NCBI GenBank assembly: GCA_002305355.1
Contig: DBQS01000036.1
Span: 81,612-140,494, forward strand
Reading direction: 5' to 3'
DNA length: 58,883 bases
Origin: Patescibacteria group bacterium UBA1388
GTDB taxonomy: Bacteria > Patescibacteriota > Microgenomatia > UBA1400 > PJMF01
The first letter of the stretch is position 1. Each line of letters starts with the position of its first letter. Positions 18,454 through 28,008 of this stretch are shown piece after piece. The notes under the pieces are model-generated. The model was not told the origin of the DNA. It searched no databases and saw nothing but the letters and a program-made list of their open reading frames with translations. Position numbers and translations under genes: made by a program.

Positions 18454-19338
18454 ATGAATAATTCAGAGATAAAAAACCCAGATATCTTATGGGAAGACGA
18501 GGACTTATTGGTGATCAATAAACCAGCGGGGATGGTGGTCAACAATGCGAAGTCTGCGTCTGGATTAACTGTCCAGCAGTGGATGACTGCTCGTCAGGGT
18601 GAAGATTACATGAATAAGATATTGAGTGGTGAAAGCCAGAGCGATTGGATGTCGTTGCTGCCCGATGATTTCTCTGATGAATATGGTTCAGCTGCCGAGA
18701 TTTTTCGGCAGCGGGGATTTATAGTGCATCGACTTGATAAAGATACGAGCGGCGTGCTAATTTTGGCGAAAAATCCCGGCAGCATGATCAATTTGATGGC
18801 TCAGTTTCAAAAACGGCAAATTCAAAAGCATTATCAGTGCTTAGTACACGGGCGCATGGTCACGCCTACAGACACGATTAAGTTACCCATTATGCGTTCG
18901 GTGACTCACAAACATCGCTTTAATGTTGATCCTGGGGGAAGAGTAGCAGAAACTAAGTATCAGGTTATCAAGGAGTATACTTTTTACCCAGACCAATTTG
19001 TACAACGCTTAAAACAATTGCACCAGTTGTTGGCTAACGTAGATTTTGAGAAACAACTCGCTTCTTATCAAGCTGGTTTTTCATTAATTAATTGTGCTCC
19101 TAAAACTGGCAGAACACACCAAATTCGAGTTCATTTTTCATTTTTAAATCATCCTTTGGTGGGAGATAGCCGATATGCAGGAAAACGCCGACAAGGCTTG
19201 GACGCGATCTGGTGTCCCAGACATTTTTTACATGCTGTCAATATTCATTTCTTTCACCCTAGAACGGCAGAGAAAATGAATGTTCAAGCACCCCTGCCTG
19301 AAGATTTAAAAACTGCTTTATCAGTGATTGAAGACTGA
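18454..19338 (+). CDS. rluD: RluA-family 23S rRNA pseudouridine synthase
   Basis: HRLDKDTSGVLILAKN contains the catalytic Asp. GRTHQIRVHF is present. The position after lspA is conserved. Confidence 0.8.
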   Translation: MNNSEIKNPDILWEDEDLLVINKPAGMVVNNAKSASGLTVQQWMTARQGEDYMNKILSGESQSDWMSLLPDDFSDEYGSAAEIFRQRGFIVHRLDKDTSGVLILAKNPGSMINLMAQFQKRQIQKHYQCLVHGRMVTPTDTIKLPIMRSVTHKHRFNVDPGGRVAETKYQVIKEYTFYPDQFVQRLKQLHQLLANVDFEKQLASYQAGFSLINCAPKTGRTHQIRVHFSFLNHPLVGDSRYAGKRRQGLDAIWCPRHFLHAVNIHFFHPRTAEKMNVQAPLPEDLKTALSVIED

Positions 19339-19488
19339 AAACTCAAATGGCAATCTTTTTCAAATTTAAAAAAATGCTGCTTGCATTTTAAATAACATGT
19401 GACTAGGATGAAGTATCACCGCTTCACTAGTGGGAATTTTAGTAGTAGTACGCACAGAGTTAATAGAAAGGAGAGTTGGCGTAATTAC

Positions 19489-19517
19489 TTGCACAATATG
19501 TATTAGATGTGTATAAT
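19489..19517 (+). promoter_or_regulatory. sigma70-type promoter upstream of the HD-domain gene
   Basis: TTGCAC, a 17-nt spacer, then TATAAT. This would give a 5' UTR of about 145 nt. Confidence 0.45.
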
Positions 19518-19666
19518 ATACCTGTCCTATAATTAATTAATAAGTATTTTAATTGCGAAATTGCCTCTGAGGCTTTTCGCTCCCAAGTAACAATTTTCTC
19601 CAGTAGATGGGGAGAAGGAAACCAAGTTGAGCTAAAAGCTTCCGAGGTTTTTTTATTAAAAAAAAT

Positions 19667-20821
19667 ATGAACTTTTTGTCAACAGAAAATCAAAGATATG
19701 CTCAGAATGTAGCAAAATACGACCAATATCTTGACGTCAGAAACAGTTATTTAGGAGGTAGAACAAGAACGAGTGATGTTGAGAGATTACGCGACTTGAC
19801 TGAACCTAAGGGCTTTGTTTTAAAAATTAACGACAATGGCGATGCTATTGAAAGCATTGATTGGGCATCAAAAGAGCAGGATTTTCTCATTCTGGATCAA
19901 GTCCTTGCCAGAATTGTAGACTTTTTTCCGGTGAATATTTCTGACAAAACTGCGACAGCTGAGGGTGGGCACGACCAAGCAATGAGTGAAATTGGGATTT
20001 TGTTATTGGGTGATGACAAAGAGTCAGTAAAAAATGGGGGATCTGAGCTCTTTAGAAGGATGCATGATGATCAAATCGAAAGAAATGTTGGCCATGACCT
20101 TGATCCTTTTGACCATACCATGCAAGTGATTAAATCGCTGACTTCTAATTTTACTGATCTTGCTCAAATTGAAAAGGTGTGGCTGACTTTTAGCGCAGTC
20201 GTTCATGATATCGGCAAATTATGTATTGCCAAAGATGATCGATATCACGATCACGCGGAAATCAGCTACTTAGTGGCCAGAGAGTGGATTAGGTCGAGGT
20301 TAGCGTTAGTCAGTCAATTTGGGATTAATGAAAATAATTTGGAGTACTACTTGGGAATTGTACGTTACCACCACGCCCTCGAATTGGTAGACAAGGATCA
20401 GATTATTACCTACGAAGAGTTTGCAGCGCTCGCGCAAACTGAACACGCCATGAAGTTGCTGGGAATTTTTGCGTTTGCTGATGCCAGTAGTATTGGCAAT
20501 CGGTATGTAGAATTTGCTGTGGCTAACGTAATTCAGTGTGTATCATCTTTGGAACAAATTGAAATGAATAAAGAAAACAGCTTAAGATTGGATGTACGCA
20601 CATTTGCGAGAGAAATTTTGGCGGTGGTGAAAGATTTTTTGAGGCAACTTATGAATGTCTTAAGTTTTGAAGAGCTAGTTAAATCGTACCAGAGATTGCT
20701 GGATGGGATTCAACAATTGGATAGTTTTCAGGGCATCTCAGACCAGATTCTTGCGGAGATTAGTATTGAAATGGTTCTCTTGCGCGACCAGAACCAGCCA
20801 CAAGTTGTTGCCGCAAAGTAA
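19667..20821 (+). CDS. HD-domain (metal-dependent phosphohydrolase fold) protein
   Basis: H...HDIGK (FSAVVHDIGK), a downstream DHAE and RYHHALE fit the HD superfamily spacing. Confidence 0.6.
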   Translation: MNFLSTENQRYAQNVAKYDQYLDVRNSYLGGRTRTSDVERLRDLTEPKGFVLKINDNGDAIESIDWASKEQDFLILDQVLARIVDFFPVNISDKTATAEGGHDQAMSEIGILLLGDDKESVKNGGSELFRRMHDDQIERNVGHDLDPFDHTMQVIKSLTSNFTDLAQIEKVWLTFSAVVHDIGKLCIAKDDRYHDHAEISYLVAREWIRSRLALVSQFGINENNLEYYLGIVRYHHALELVDKDQIITYEEFAALAQTEHAMKLLGIFAFADASSIGNRYVEFAVANVIQCVSSLEQIEMNKENSLRLDVRTFAREILAVVKDFLRQLMNVLSFEELVKSYQRLLDGIQQLDSFQGISDQILAEISIEMVLLRDQNQPQVVAAK

Positions 20822-20887
20822 GATGAATATTTGAGCAACAATTCAAGAGTTAAGTGTCATTTTACATAAATGACTAGAATAATTTTT

Positions 20888-21331
20888 TTATTCAAAGTCA
20901 ACCTGATCGTGAGGTTTTGCCCAAATCCTACTGCCATGAAACTTATGAGTGACGAGGCCTAATTCCTTACCAACTAGATATTTAGGAATATCAGACTTTC
21001 TCTCGTCGTATTTAGCGTAAGACAGTACTTTGATTACTTGATTGTTAGTATCTTGAGGTGGAATAATTGCAACTTCGGCAACTGCAAATTTGATATATAA
21101 ACCTTTAGATCTCTGATATTCTGTATCCGAAAGCCAACGAACATTTCCTCCCATATTTCTATCGTCGACTAATACAAATTTTGTGAGGGCTGCTGCAAAG
21201 CGAGTCATTTTTTCTGCAAAATCTTTGTCTGTAAAATCGGAATAATTTGCTAGATTATTCAGTAATTCGTGTTTTCTACCGTTGTCGGTTAGTCCTTCCG
21301 AGGTCGTTGATTGCTCATTTCTGATGGGCAT
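20888..21331 (-). CDS. hypothetical protein
   Basis: 147-aa ORF. No motif was recognised. Confidence 0.5.
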   Translation of the reverse strand: MPIRNEQSTTSEGLTDNGRKHELLNNLANYSDFTDKDFAEKMTRFAAALTKFVLVDDRNMGGNVRWLSDTEYQRSKGLYIKFAVAEVAIIPPQDTNNQVIKVLSYAKYDERKSDIPKYLVGKELGLVTHKFHGSRIWAKPHDQVDFE

Positions 21332-21509
21332 TTTACTCCTTTAGATTGTTGATAACAGTATTATAGAGGACGTATTATACACCAAGCTTGATTAATTTTG
21401 GTTGTTGGCGCTTCGAGCTTGATGTTCAACTTTTGTTAGGCTAGTTTCCCCTTGAGAGTTGGTGAACCACCTGATAGGCTACACTCATCGAAAGGGGGAG
21501 TTAAACGCC

Positions 21510-22823
21510 ATGGCAGATCAAATTTTTTCACTTATCAAGCAGGAAGAAAAAAGGCAGAAGGAGTTAATTGGTTTGATTCCATCGGAAAATACGGTTTCTG
21601 ATGACGTCTCTGCAGTGTTGTCATCAGTGCTTTCCAATAAATATTCAGAGGGTTACTCTGGACGACGGTACTATGAGGGCAATCAGATTATTGATCAGAT
21701 AGAGGATCTGGCGGTGGAGCGGGTGAAAGAGTTGTTTGGGGTGCCTTACGCCAATGTGCAGCCTTATTCTGGCAGTCCTGCCAACTTGGCAATTTATTTT
21801 GCTTTAATGCAACCTGGCGAAACGATCATGGGACTAAAATTATCCATGGGTGGGCATTTGACGCATGGTCATCCGCAAGTAACTGCGAGCGGTCGGTTTT
21901 TTAAGTCCGTTCAATATGGTGTAACTGCCAATGCTCGGGTAGATTTTGTTGAATTGTCTAAATTGGCTAAAAAACATAAACCCAAAGTGATTGTGGCCGG
22001 TAACACCGCTTATCCTTTTGAACTGGACTTTAAGAAATTTCGGCAAGTAGCTGATGAAGTTGGGGCATGGTTGGTGGCTGACATTTCGCACGTCACAGGT
22101 TTGGTTGTCGCTGGCGAGCATATCTCGCCTGTGCCATATGCCGATGTGGTGATGAGCACTACCCATAAGACTTTTCGGGGACCGCGCGGGGCGATGATTT
22201 TAGTGACTAGCCGTGGGTTAAAAAAGGATGCAGAATTAGGAAAGAAGATTGACTCAGCCATTATTCCTGGTTTGCAGGGTGGTCCGCATAACGCCACCAC
22301 GGCTGGGATTGCTATCGCCGCCAAGGAAGCTGGCACAGCCAAGTTCAAAAAATACGCTCAACAAATTCGGCGCAACGCGCAGGCGCTGGCTGATGAATTA
22401 ATCAAACAGGGCATTACCTTAGTTGGTGGAGGTACAGAAACCCATTTGATGGTGATTGATTTGACGCCGTTTGGTGTTGGTTTGGGGACGCAAGTGGCAT
22501 TTGCGATGGATGTTGCTGGAATTTACGCCAATCGCAACACCGTGCCTACCGAACAGGGTTCGCCATTTTATCCTTCTGGTGTTAGAATTGGCACACCCTT
22601 GGTTACTTCAAGGGGAATGAAGGAAAAGGAAATGCGGCGCATTGGCCAGTGGATTGCACGGGTGATCGAGCATGTGTCCACAGAACAGCTGCCGAGAAAC
22701 AAAACTGAGCGTCAAAAATTTTTGCGTGATTTTAGGAAAAAAGCACTGCATGATCGCGAGCTGTTGGCGATCAGACGTGAAGTCAAGACTTTGACCGCTA
22801 AATTTCCTTTGTTTAAGTGGTGA
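21510..22823 (+). CDS. glyA: serine hydroxymethyltransferase
   Basis: LIPSENTVS..., YSEGYSGRRYYEG and the PLP-Lys context STTHKTFRGPRGAMI are present. The start is placed at ATG 21510, which lies 9 nt after the SD AAAGGGGGAG, rather than at the TTG at 21459. Confidence 0.93.
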   Translation: MADQIFSLIKQEEKRQKELIGLIPSENTVSDDVSAVLSSVLSNKYSEGYSGRRYYEGNQIIDQIEDLAVERVKELFGVPYANVQPYSGSPANLAIYFALMQPGETIMGLKLSMGGHLTHGHPQVTASGRFFKSVQYGVTANARVDFVELSKLAKKHKPKVIVAGNTAYPFELDFKKFRQVADEVGAWLVADISHVTGLVVAGEHISPVPYADVVMSTTHKTFRGPRGAMILVTSRGLKKDAELGKKIDSAIIPGLQGGPHNATTAGIAIAAKEAGTAKFKKYAQQIRRNAQALADELIKQGITLVGGGTETHLMVIDLTPFGVGLGTQVAFAMDVAGIYANRNTVPTEQGSPFYPSGVRIGTPLVTSRGMKEKEMRRIGQWIARVIEHVSTEQLPRNKTERQKFLRDFRKKALHDRELLAIRREVKTLTAKFPLFKW

Positions 22824-22854
22824 TTGAATCATTTAATTTGAAGTAATAATTTTC

Positions 22855-23424
22855 ATGTTGAATAACGAACAACGTTTCATAGTAGGGGCGAAGTACCTTG
22901 ACCAGGCAGATTTCGAGCACTTACAACCTTTTATTAAATTACTGACAACTTTTCGTTATCATTTTGCTGGTTCTCCTGACAAATCACTTGAGGAACTAGC
23001 TGCCTTAAGAGGAGTGAATTGCCAGTATTTGGTGCACGAACTCTTAGGCTGGATGTTTGATGTCAATATTCCATCGAGCTATTTATCAAAGGAAATTTTT
23101 GAAACTGATAATACCGATCCTTATTTTGCACAAATCGATCTCTCACAGCTTGAAAATGTCCAGTCGGGAGATATTTTATTATTCGAAAATAGTATGCATA
23201 TTAATCGACCAGACTATGGAGCAGAATATTTACACACAGCTTTAGTAATTGGTTTAAGTGATGAAATTAAAGAACCATTGTGTATCCATGCGCTTTCATT
23301 TCAAGACAAAACTAGGCAACCGGTGGTAATTTGGAGCTTGAGTGATTTTGCGAAAAGTAAGTATCACCAAAAGCTTGTGGCTATCCGTCGGCCGAGGAAA
23401 CTGCAAACAAATCAAAAAATTTGA
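22855..23424 (+). CDS. hypothetical protein, possible NlpC/P60-type cysteine peptidase fold
   Basis: The order NCQYLVHELL (Cys), SGDILLFEN, then YLHTALVIG (His) mimics the NlpC/P60 C..GD..F..H layout. This is weak by-eye evidence. Confidence 0.4.
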   Translation: MLNNEQRFIVGAKYLDQADFEHLQPFIKLLTTFRYHFAGSPDKSLEELAALRGVNCQYLVHELLGWMFDVNIPSSYLSKEIFETDNTDPYFAQIDLSQLENVQSGDILLFENSMHINRPDYGAEYLHTALVIGLSDEIKEPLCIHALSFQDKTRQPVVIWSLSDFAKSKYHQKLVAIRRPRKLQTNQKI

Positions 23425-23449
23425 ATATAGTTTATGGATGAGAATTGCC

Positions 23450-24157
23450 TCACTTTTGATTCGAGTTATTGACTGCCTCAATCATCACCAAACCGCGTTT
23501 GGCCTTTTGCTCGGAAATTTGCGCGCCATTTTTTACAAAATTGATTTGAAAGTGATGCGATCGCAGCAGCTCGGCAATTTCGGCGGTGTTGTTCTGAGAG
23601 CGTGGGTGGCACTCGATAAAAAGTCTTTTTACCAAATGGAGTTGAGTTCTGGCTTCTTTGAGAACGGCTAACTCGGCACCTTCAATGTCAAGCTTTACGA
23701 TGTCGACAGGGTTGGTCAACAAGCTGCTGAGAGTAATCGCTTGAACCTGGATTGGCTGGGTAGACTGCTCACCATTCCAAGCATTTTTGTGAAAAGAGCT
23801 GGTACTGAGCCAAGATTCTGCTGTGTCTTGATAAAGTGTTTTATTACCAGCGGTATCGGCGAGAGCGACATTCAGGCAGGTTACGTTGGGTAAATCATTT
23901 TCCCAGACATTTTGTTCAAGCAATTTGAAGTTGAGGGGGTTAGGTTCTAGGGCGGTAATTTGGCAAAGAGGATATTGTTTTTTGAAATAAAGAGTGGCGA
24001 GGCCAACATGAGCGCCAGCATCGATAATCTTGGGATTGTTCACCTGACTTTCAAAATAATAACTGTGCTGAGAAAAAATTTCCGCTTTCAAACCCAGCAG
24101 TTCCTCCTTGTTGCGATAGAAAACTAAAAAGCGATCGATGTTTATAGGTTTTGTCAT
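23450..24157 (-). CDS. FkbM-family SAM-dependent methyltransferase
   Basis: IIDAGAHVGLATLYF is the SAM motif I. VDIVKLDIEGAELAVL is the typical FkbM motif. Confidence 0.8.
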   Translation of the reverse strand: MTKPINIDRFLVFYRNKEELLGLKAEIFSQHSYYFESQVNNPKIIDAGAHVGLATLYFKKQYPLCQITALEPNPLNFKLLEQNVWENDLPNVTCLNVALADTAGNKTLYQDTAESWLSTSSFHKNAWNGEQSTQPIQVQAITLSSLLTNPVDIVKLDIEGAELAVLKEARTQLHLVKRLFIECHPRSQNNTAEIAELLRSHHFQINFVKNGAQISEQKAKRGLVMIEAVNNSNQK

Positions 24158-24226
24158 TGTAAAATTTTATCTGTCAACAATGGTACACTATTTTTTAAAT
24201 GATACGATTTCTTTTGAAAGGGTTTC

Positions 24227-25324
24227 ATGACAAAGCAATTAATTGGGGCGCATGTTTCTGCTGCGGGCGGAATTGAAAATGCTCCGCAGCGAGCAAATGA
24301 GATTGGGTGTAACGTGGTGCAGTTATTTTCTGGCAGCCCGCGCGTGTGGCGGAAGAAAGAACTGAACACACACAATTTTCAGGATTTTTTAGCTAAACGT
24401 AAGCAGTTTGGAATAGAAAAAGTTTTTACCCATGCTTTGTACCTAACCAACTTAGCTTCAGATAAAACAGATTTAGTGCAGAAGTCATATCTGTCTATAA
24501 AATACGAGTTAGAATTTGACGCCAGAGTAGAGGGAGCAGGTGTAGTGTTGCATGTGGGTAGCCACCAGGGTAGGGGATGGCTGGCGGCGCACGATGAGGT
24601 GCTCAAACAAATTATTGCTTTGATGCAGAGTACGCCAGACAAATCAACTCTTTTGCTCGAAAACGCCGCCAGCCACAACGGCAAAGTGGGCGGCGATTTA
24701 GTAGAATTACAATGGTTGCTGGATGGGGCAGAGCAGGCAGGAAAGTTTGTTAGTCAGGGCAGACTTGGTTGGTGCCTGGATACCTGTCATGCTTGGGCAG
24801 CAGGCTACTGGTTGGGTGAGTCCGAACCAACTCAGGTCGGCGAGGATGGTCGAGAATCACATCAAGCAGAGTTGTTCACTACGGATCACCAGGAGAATAA
24901 ATCTCCAGGAAAAACTGTTGGGTTGGCTACCAGCCGGTCAGTATCTAAGTCGGCTACTTCTCAATCAGTCACTTTGCCTGCTGCGGCTAACACAGCCACC
25001 GCTCAAAAATTTTCTGCTCGGTCAAAAAATGAGGATCGACCGTCACTACAAGCGTTAGTGACGGCGATTGATCACCTGGAGTTGTGGTCAAGTTTACAGT
25101 GTGTACATGTTAATGACAGCAAAGATCCATTTGCCTCCGGTAGAGACAGGCACCAAAATTTGGGAGACGGATTAATTCCTGCAGCCGATCTTGAGTACTT
25201 TCTCAATCTTCCAAAAATCATTGACTTACCTATGGTTTTAGAAGTTCCTGGTATAAAAAATGAAGGTCCTGACGCAGAGAATGTTAAGCGATTAAAGAAG
25301 CTGGTTGTTGGGAATCAGCAATAA
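24227..25324 (+). CDS. nfo: endonuclease IV with about 75-aa low-complexity insertion
   Basis: IGAHVSAAGGIENAP, VLHVGSH, LENAA, CLDTCHAWAAGY and HVNDSK...GRDRHQNLGDG are the AP endonuclease 2 metal motifs. Confidence 0.85.
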   Translation: MTKQLIGAHVSAAGGIENAPQRANEIGCNVVQLFSGSPRVWRKKELNTHNFQDFLAKRKQFGIEKVFTHALYLTNLASDKTDLVQKSYLSIKYELEFDARVEGAGVVLHVGSHQGRGWLAAHDEVLKQIIALMQSTPDKSTLLLENAASHNGKVGGDLVELQWLLDGAEQAGKFVSQGRLGWCLDTCHAWAAGYWLGESEPTQVGEDGRESHQAELFTTDHQENKSPGKTVGLATSRSVSKSATSQSVTLPAAANTATAQKFSARSKNEDRPSLQALVTAIDHLELWSSLQCVHVNDSKDPFASGRDRHQNLGDGLIPAADLEYFLNLPKIIDLPMVLEVPGIKNEGPDAENVKRLKKLVVGNQQ

Positions 25325-27011
25325 CTCGCTTGGCGGTTGGTAAATCGAAAGTTGGCAAATTATTAGAGTGTTGATCATTAACCAATTCATCAACAATTTT
25401 TGCGAGTTCTTTGATTGGGGTAGGGCTGGCTAGCAACCTGATAATGATGTTTTGCCAGATAGAAAGCTCCGCCTCAGGATTCAAGACATCCCCGACTAGC
25501 CATTGTTCGGGATTGAGAGATGAGCGAAAAAGTTCTCCAGCCAAAATGCCAAAAAGACGTTCAGCTTTTTCGTGTTCATTATTCGAGAGGTTGAGCATCA
25601 TATCAATTTTAAAGTTATTGTAGCTGTCTACTAACACCTGATTTCCTAAAGCAAGTTCGCAATTAAGACAAATCGAGCATTCACCAACCATGGTAGTTTG
25701 ACCACACTGCCGACAAACACCCGTATGCCAAAGTTTGGCTCTCTCGGTGCCAATGACTTCTGCCAATTGATTGATAGAAAGTTGATTCATGTGCATGACT
25801 TGCATCAGGCTTGGATTATTCAGCGTTGACATGGGTGTGCCGGCTATGCAATGTGCCCAGCTGGCAGCTTGGTTGAGTGGAAGCATTGGATTAAGTTTGG
25901 TGTCTTCACTAAATGACTTGATGAGTGAAGACCAAGATTTATCAGGTAAGTGCTGACCAGCTTTTGTTTGGATCTGTGCATGCCAAACCAGATCTAGTTG
26001 ATTTAAATCCAGATCATAATTATTTTTTTGAGTATGATTATAATTTTCCGCGTGATCCTCAATCCATTTCAAGAAAGCTTGGCGACTGAGATCTATCAAC
26101 ATATCAAATTGTTGGCTGGCATCGGTGCTTGTCAGATTTAGCAAATTATCAAATTGATGCAGACAAAATTCAACAATTCTTGTTAGTTGATGTTGGTATT
26201 GATCTGCATTTAATTCTGGTAAGTCGCGGTGAATATTAATTGGCCAATTTGTTTGATTGGCAAAAAGCACTGCCCGCACTTGGTTAATTTCGACAGCAGC
26301 AGGAAGTTGGATAATTGTGGCAATTGTTTGTAGATCAACTCGACCGGACAATTGCGATATAGTTTCATCTGATAGCATAAAATTTGCCTTTTCTTGAGCT
26401 GACACTCGCACACTAGATTCAAATTGAAGTAAAGTATCTTGGAGTTTTGGCAAGTCTTGATTTTGTTCATAATTTCTATATTGCCAAAGGAGAAACCCCC
26501 AATTAGTTTTTTCATAGATATTGACAAACACATAATTTTTTTGGTTTAGACCAGGATAACCTTCTACCTCCAGACCTCTGGGGCTAATGGTAATTAATTT
26601 TTCTCCCACAGTATCGCTTCCCGCGATCGAGGTGTCTGCCATCCATTGCTCAATTGTTTTTGCGACTGCCATTTCCAACTCAGCCCTAGCAGTTGGTCGG
26701 TTCTCTTCAGCAAGTGCCCGACAAAAATTTGCAGCTATTTGACTCATACTCTCTGTATATCCATCACGGATGCCGCTAGGACCATATTGGTAAATAACTT
26801 GAGCCTTTAGCGCTGCATACTCATCAAAAAATGAACGCAAATCGGCTTGCAACTGGTTTTTGACGGTACTCCGCCTGTTTGGGAAGTGTTCTTCTGATTT
26901 GAGTAATTCTTTTGAAAAGTACCTTCGCGAACTCCATAATCTCGGCTTTGATGTTGAGATTAACCGATCTAAAAAAGGCAACGACTCGTGTTGATTAAAA
27001 AAACTCCTCAT
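25284..27011 (-). CDS. hypothetical protein with internal CxxC...CxxC zinc-ribbon
   Basis: 575-aa ORF. CRQCGQTTMVGECSICLNCE is the only recognisable motif. Its 3' end overlaps the nfo 3' end by 41 nt (convergent). Confidence 0.6.
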   Translation of the reverse strand: MRSFFNQHESLPFLDRLISTSKPRLWSSRRYFSKELLKSEEHFPNRRSTVKNQLQADLRSFFDEYAALKAQVIYQYGPSGIRDGYTESMSQIAANFCRALAEENRPTARAELEMAVAKTIEQWMADTSIAGSDTVGEKLITISPRGLEVEGYPGLNQKNYVFVNIYEKTNWGFLLWQYRNYEQNQDLPKLQDTLLQFESSVRVSAQEKANFMLSDETISQLSGRVDLQTIATIIQLPAAVEINQVRAVLFANQTNWPINIHRDLPELNADQYQHQLTRIVEFCLHQFDNLLNLTSTDASQQFDMLIDLSRQAFLKWIEDHAENYNHTQKNNYDLDLNQLDLVWHAQIQTKAGQHLPDKSWSSLIKSFSEDTKLNPMLPLNQAASWAHCIAGTPMSTLNNPSLMQVMHMNQLSINQLAEVIGTERAKLWHTGVCRQCGQTTMVGECSICLNCELALGNQVLVDSYNNFKIDMMLNLSNNEHEKAERLFGILAGELFRSSLNPEQWLVGDVLNPEAELSIWQNIIIRLLASPTPIKELAKIVDELVNDQHSNNLPTFDLPTAKRVIADSQQPASLIA

Positions 27012-27294
27012 AGTTGAGGAGCATCTCGCGTGGGGTAGGGCTATTTAGAAATTTAGCAGTTCACGCCGATGCTCGTCGGAATATTCCGTAATTACTACGG
27101 CTCTTTGAAGATCGGACTAATGGCTGAAGAAGTATTCAAGATGCGTTGATCAACTGAGTGCAATTGAACAGATTGCTTCAACCAATCACCGTTGCGGCAC
27201 AGTACTGGATTCTCACCAGCTTCCACAAAGAGATTCGGAAACGCAGTGTGCCAAATAAAGTGTCTAATGTCAATCCGATTTTTTCATATATTTA

Positions 27295-27951
27295 ATGAGA
27301 ATGTTAAAATGCCAGTTTAAGATGTTTACAACTGAAGCGGCTCGAAATAAATCTGTCAGAGAGTTAGAGCAAGAATCATCACGAGGTATTGTTTTGTTGC
27401 CTGAAATCAAAGCACAATTTCAGCTTACAGAAGAAGATGTAAATTGGTGGATTAATCAGTTTTTTCGTGGAAGACTAATTTTTAGTTTGCATATTGGGGA
27501 ACATAATCCGCTCCAGATTAAGATGTTTTTGTGTCCAAGCTATATTGATCAAGGTAAAAACCGATATCAAGTCGTGGGATACGATACAGAGCGTGATATT
27601 TTTGTAGTTACTTTTGAGTTTATTCGCAGTCATGTGGCTGCTATGAAAAAATATCAATTAGGAGATGGAAATTTGCGATCAAGCAATGGTCACTTGTGGA
27701 GAATGGGCTTATGTACTCTTCCAGAGTTAGCACCTGTTTTTATTGGCATAGAAGAAGAAGCGCATGCTTATTACAGCCACAACATTAGACCGCAGCTTGG
27801 TTTTTTATCTCAAGAAGTACGGACTGGGTTGTATGATGGCTCAGATCCATATGAAGAATATGTTTATCAGCAATTACAAAATATTATTCACAAAGGTGCC
27901 GCTGATTTACCAGTATTTCCACTTCCAGCCAATGTTGAAGTAATGGAATAG
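27295..27951 (+). CDS. hypothetical protein
   Basis: 218-aa ORF, divergent from the 25284-27011 gene. Confidence 0.5.
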   Translation: MRMLKCQFKMFTTEAARNKSVRELEQESSRGIVLLPEIKAQFQLTEEDVNWWINQFFRGRLIFSLHIGEHNPLQIKMFLCPSYIDQGKNRYQVVGYDTERDIFVVTFEFIRSHVAAMKKYQLGDGNLRSSNGHLWRMGLCTLPELAPVFIGIEEEAHAYYSHNIRPQLGFLSQEVRTGLYDGSDPYEEYVYQQLQNIIHKGAADLPVFPLPANVEVME

Positions 27952-28008
27952 CGAAAATTTGATGATCAGTTTTCTTATTTCATTTTTATCGAGTACAATA
28001 TATCTCTT

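Noticed and set aside
19518-19666. Possible riboswitch or small RNA in the roughly 145-nt leader of the HD-domain gene.
   Set aside because: Only short, imperfect hairpins are present (TTCTCC..GGAGAA, GAAACC..GGTTTT). Nothing matches a known class by eye, so it is left as an unannotated UTR.
21380-21509. ZTP (pfl) riboswitch upstream of glyA.
   Set aside because: GGUUGUUGGCG and CACCUGAUAGGC only loosely resemble GGUCGUGACUGGCG and CCGCCUGGGC. They have indels at invariant positions, and the required GGCG/CGCC pseudoknot is absent. Only the generic anti-SD observation is kept.
25284-25324. 41-nt convergent overlap between the nfo and 575-aa gene 3' ends.
   Set aside because: This is probably a genuine but unremarkable tail-to-tail overlap in a compact genome. 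There is no sign of frameshift or fusion.
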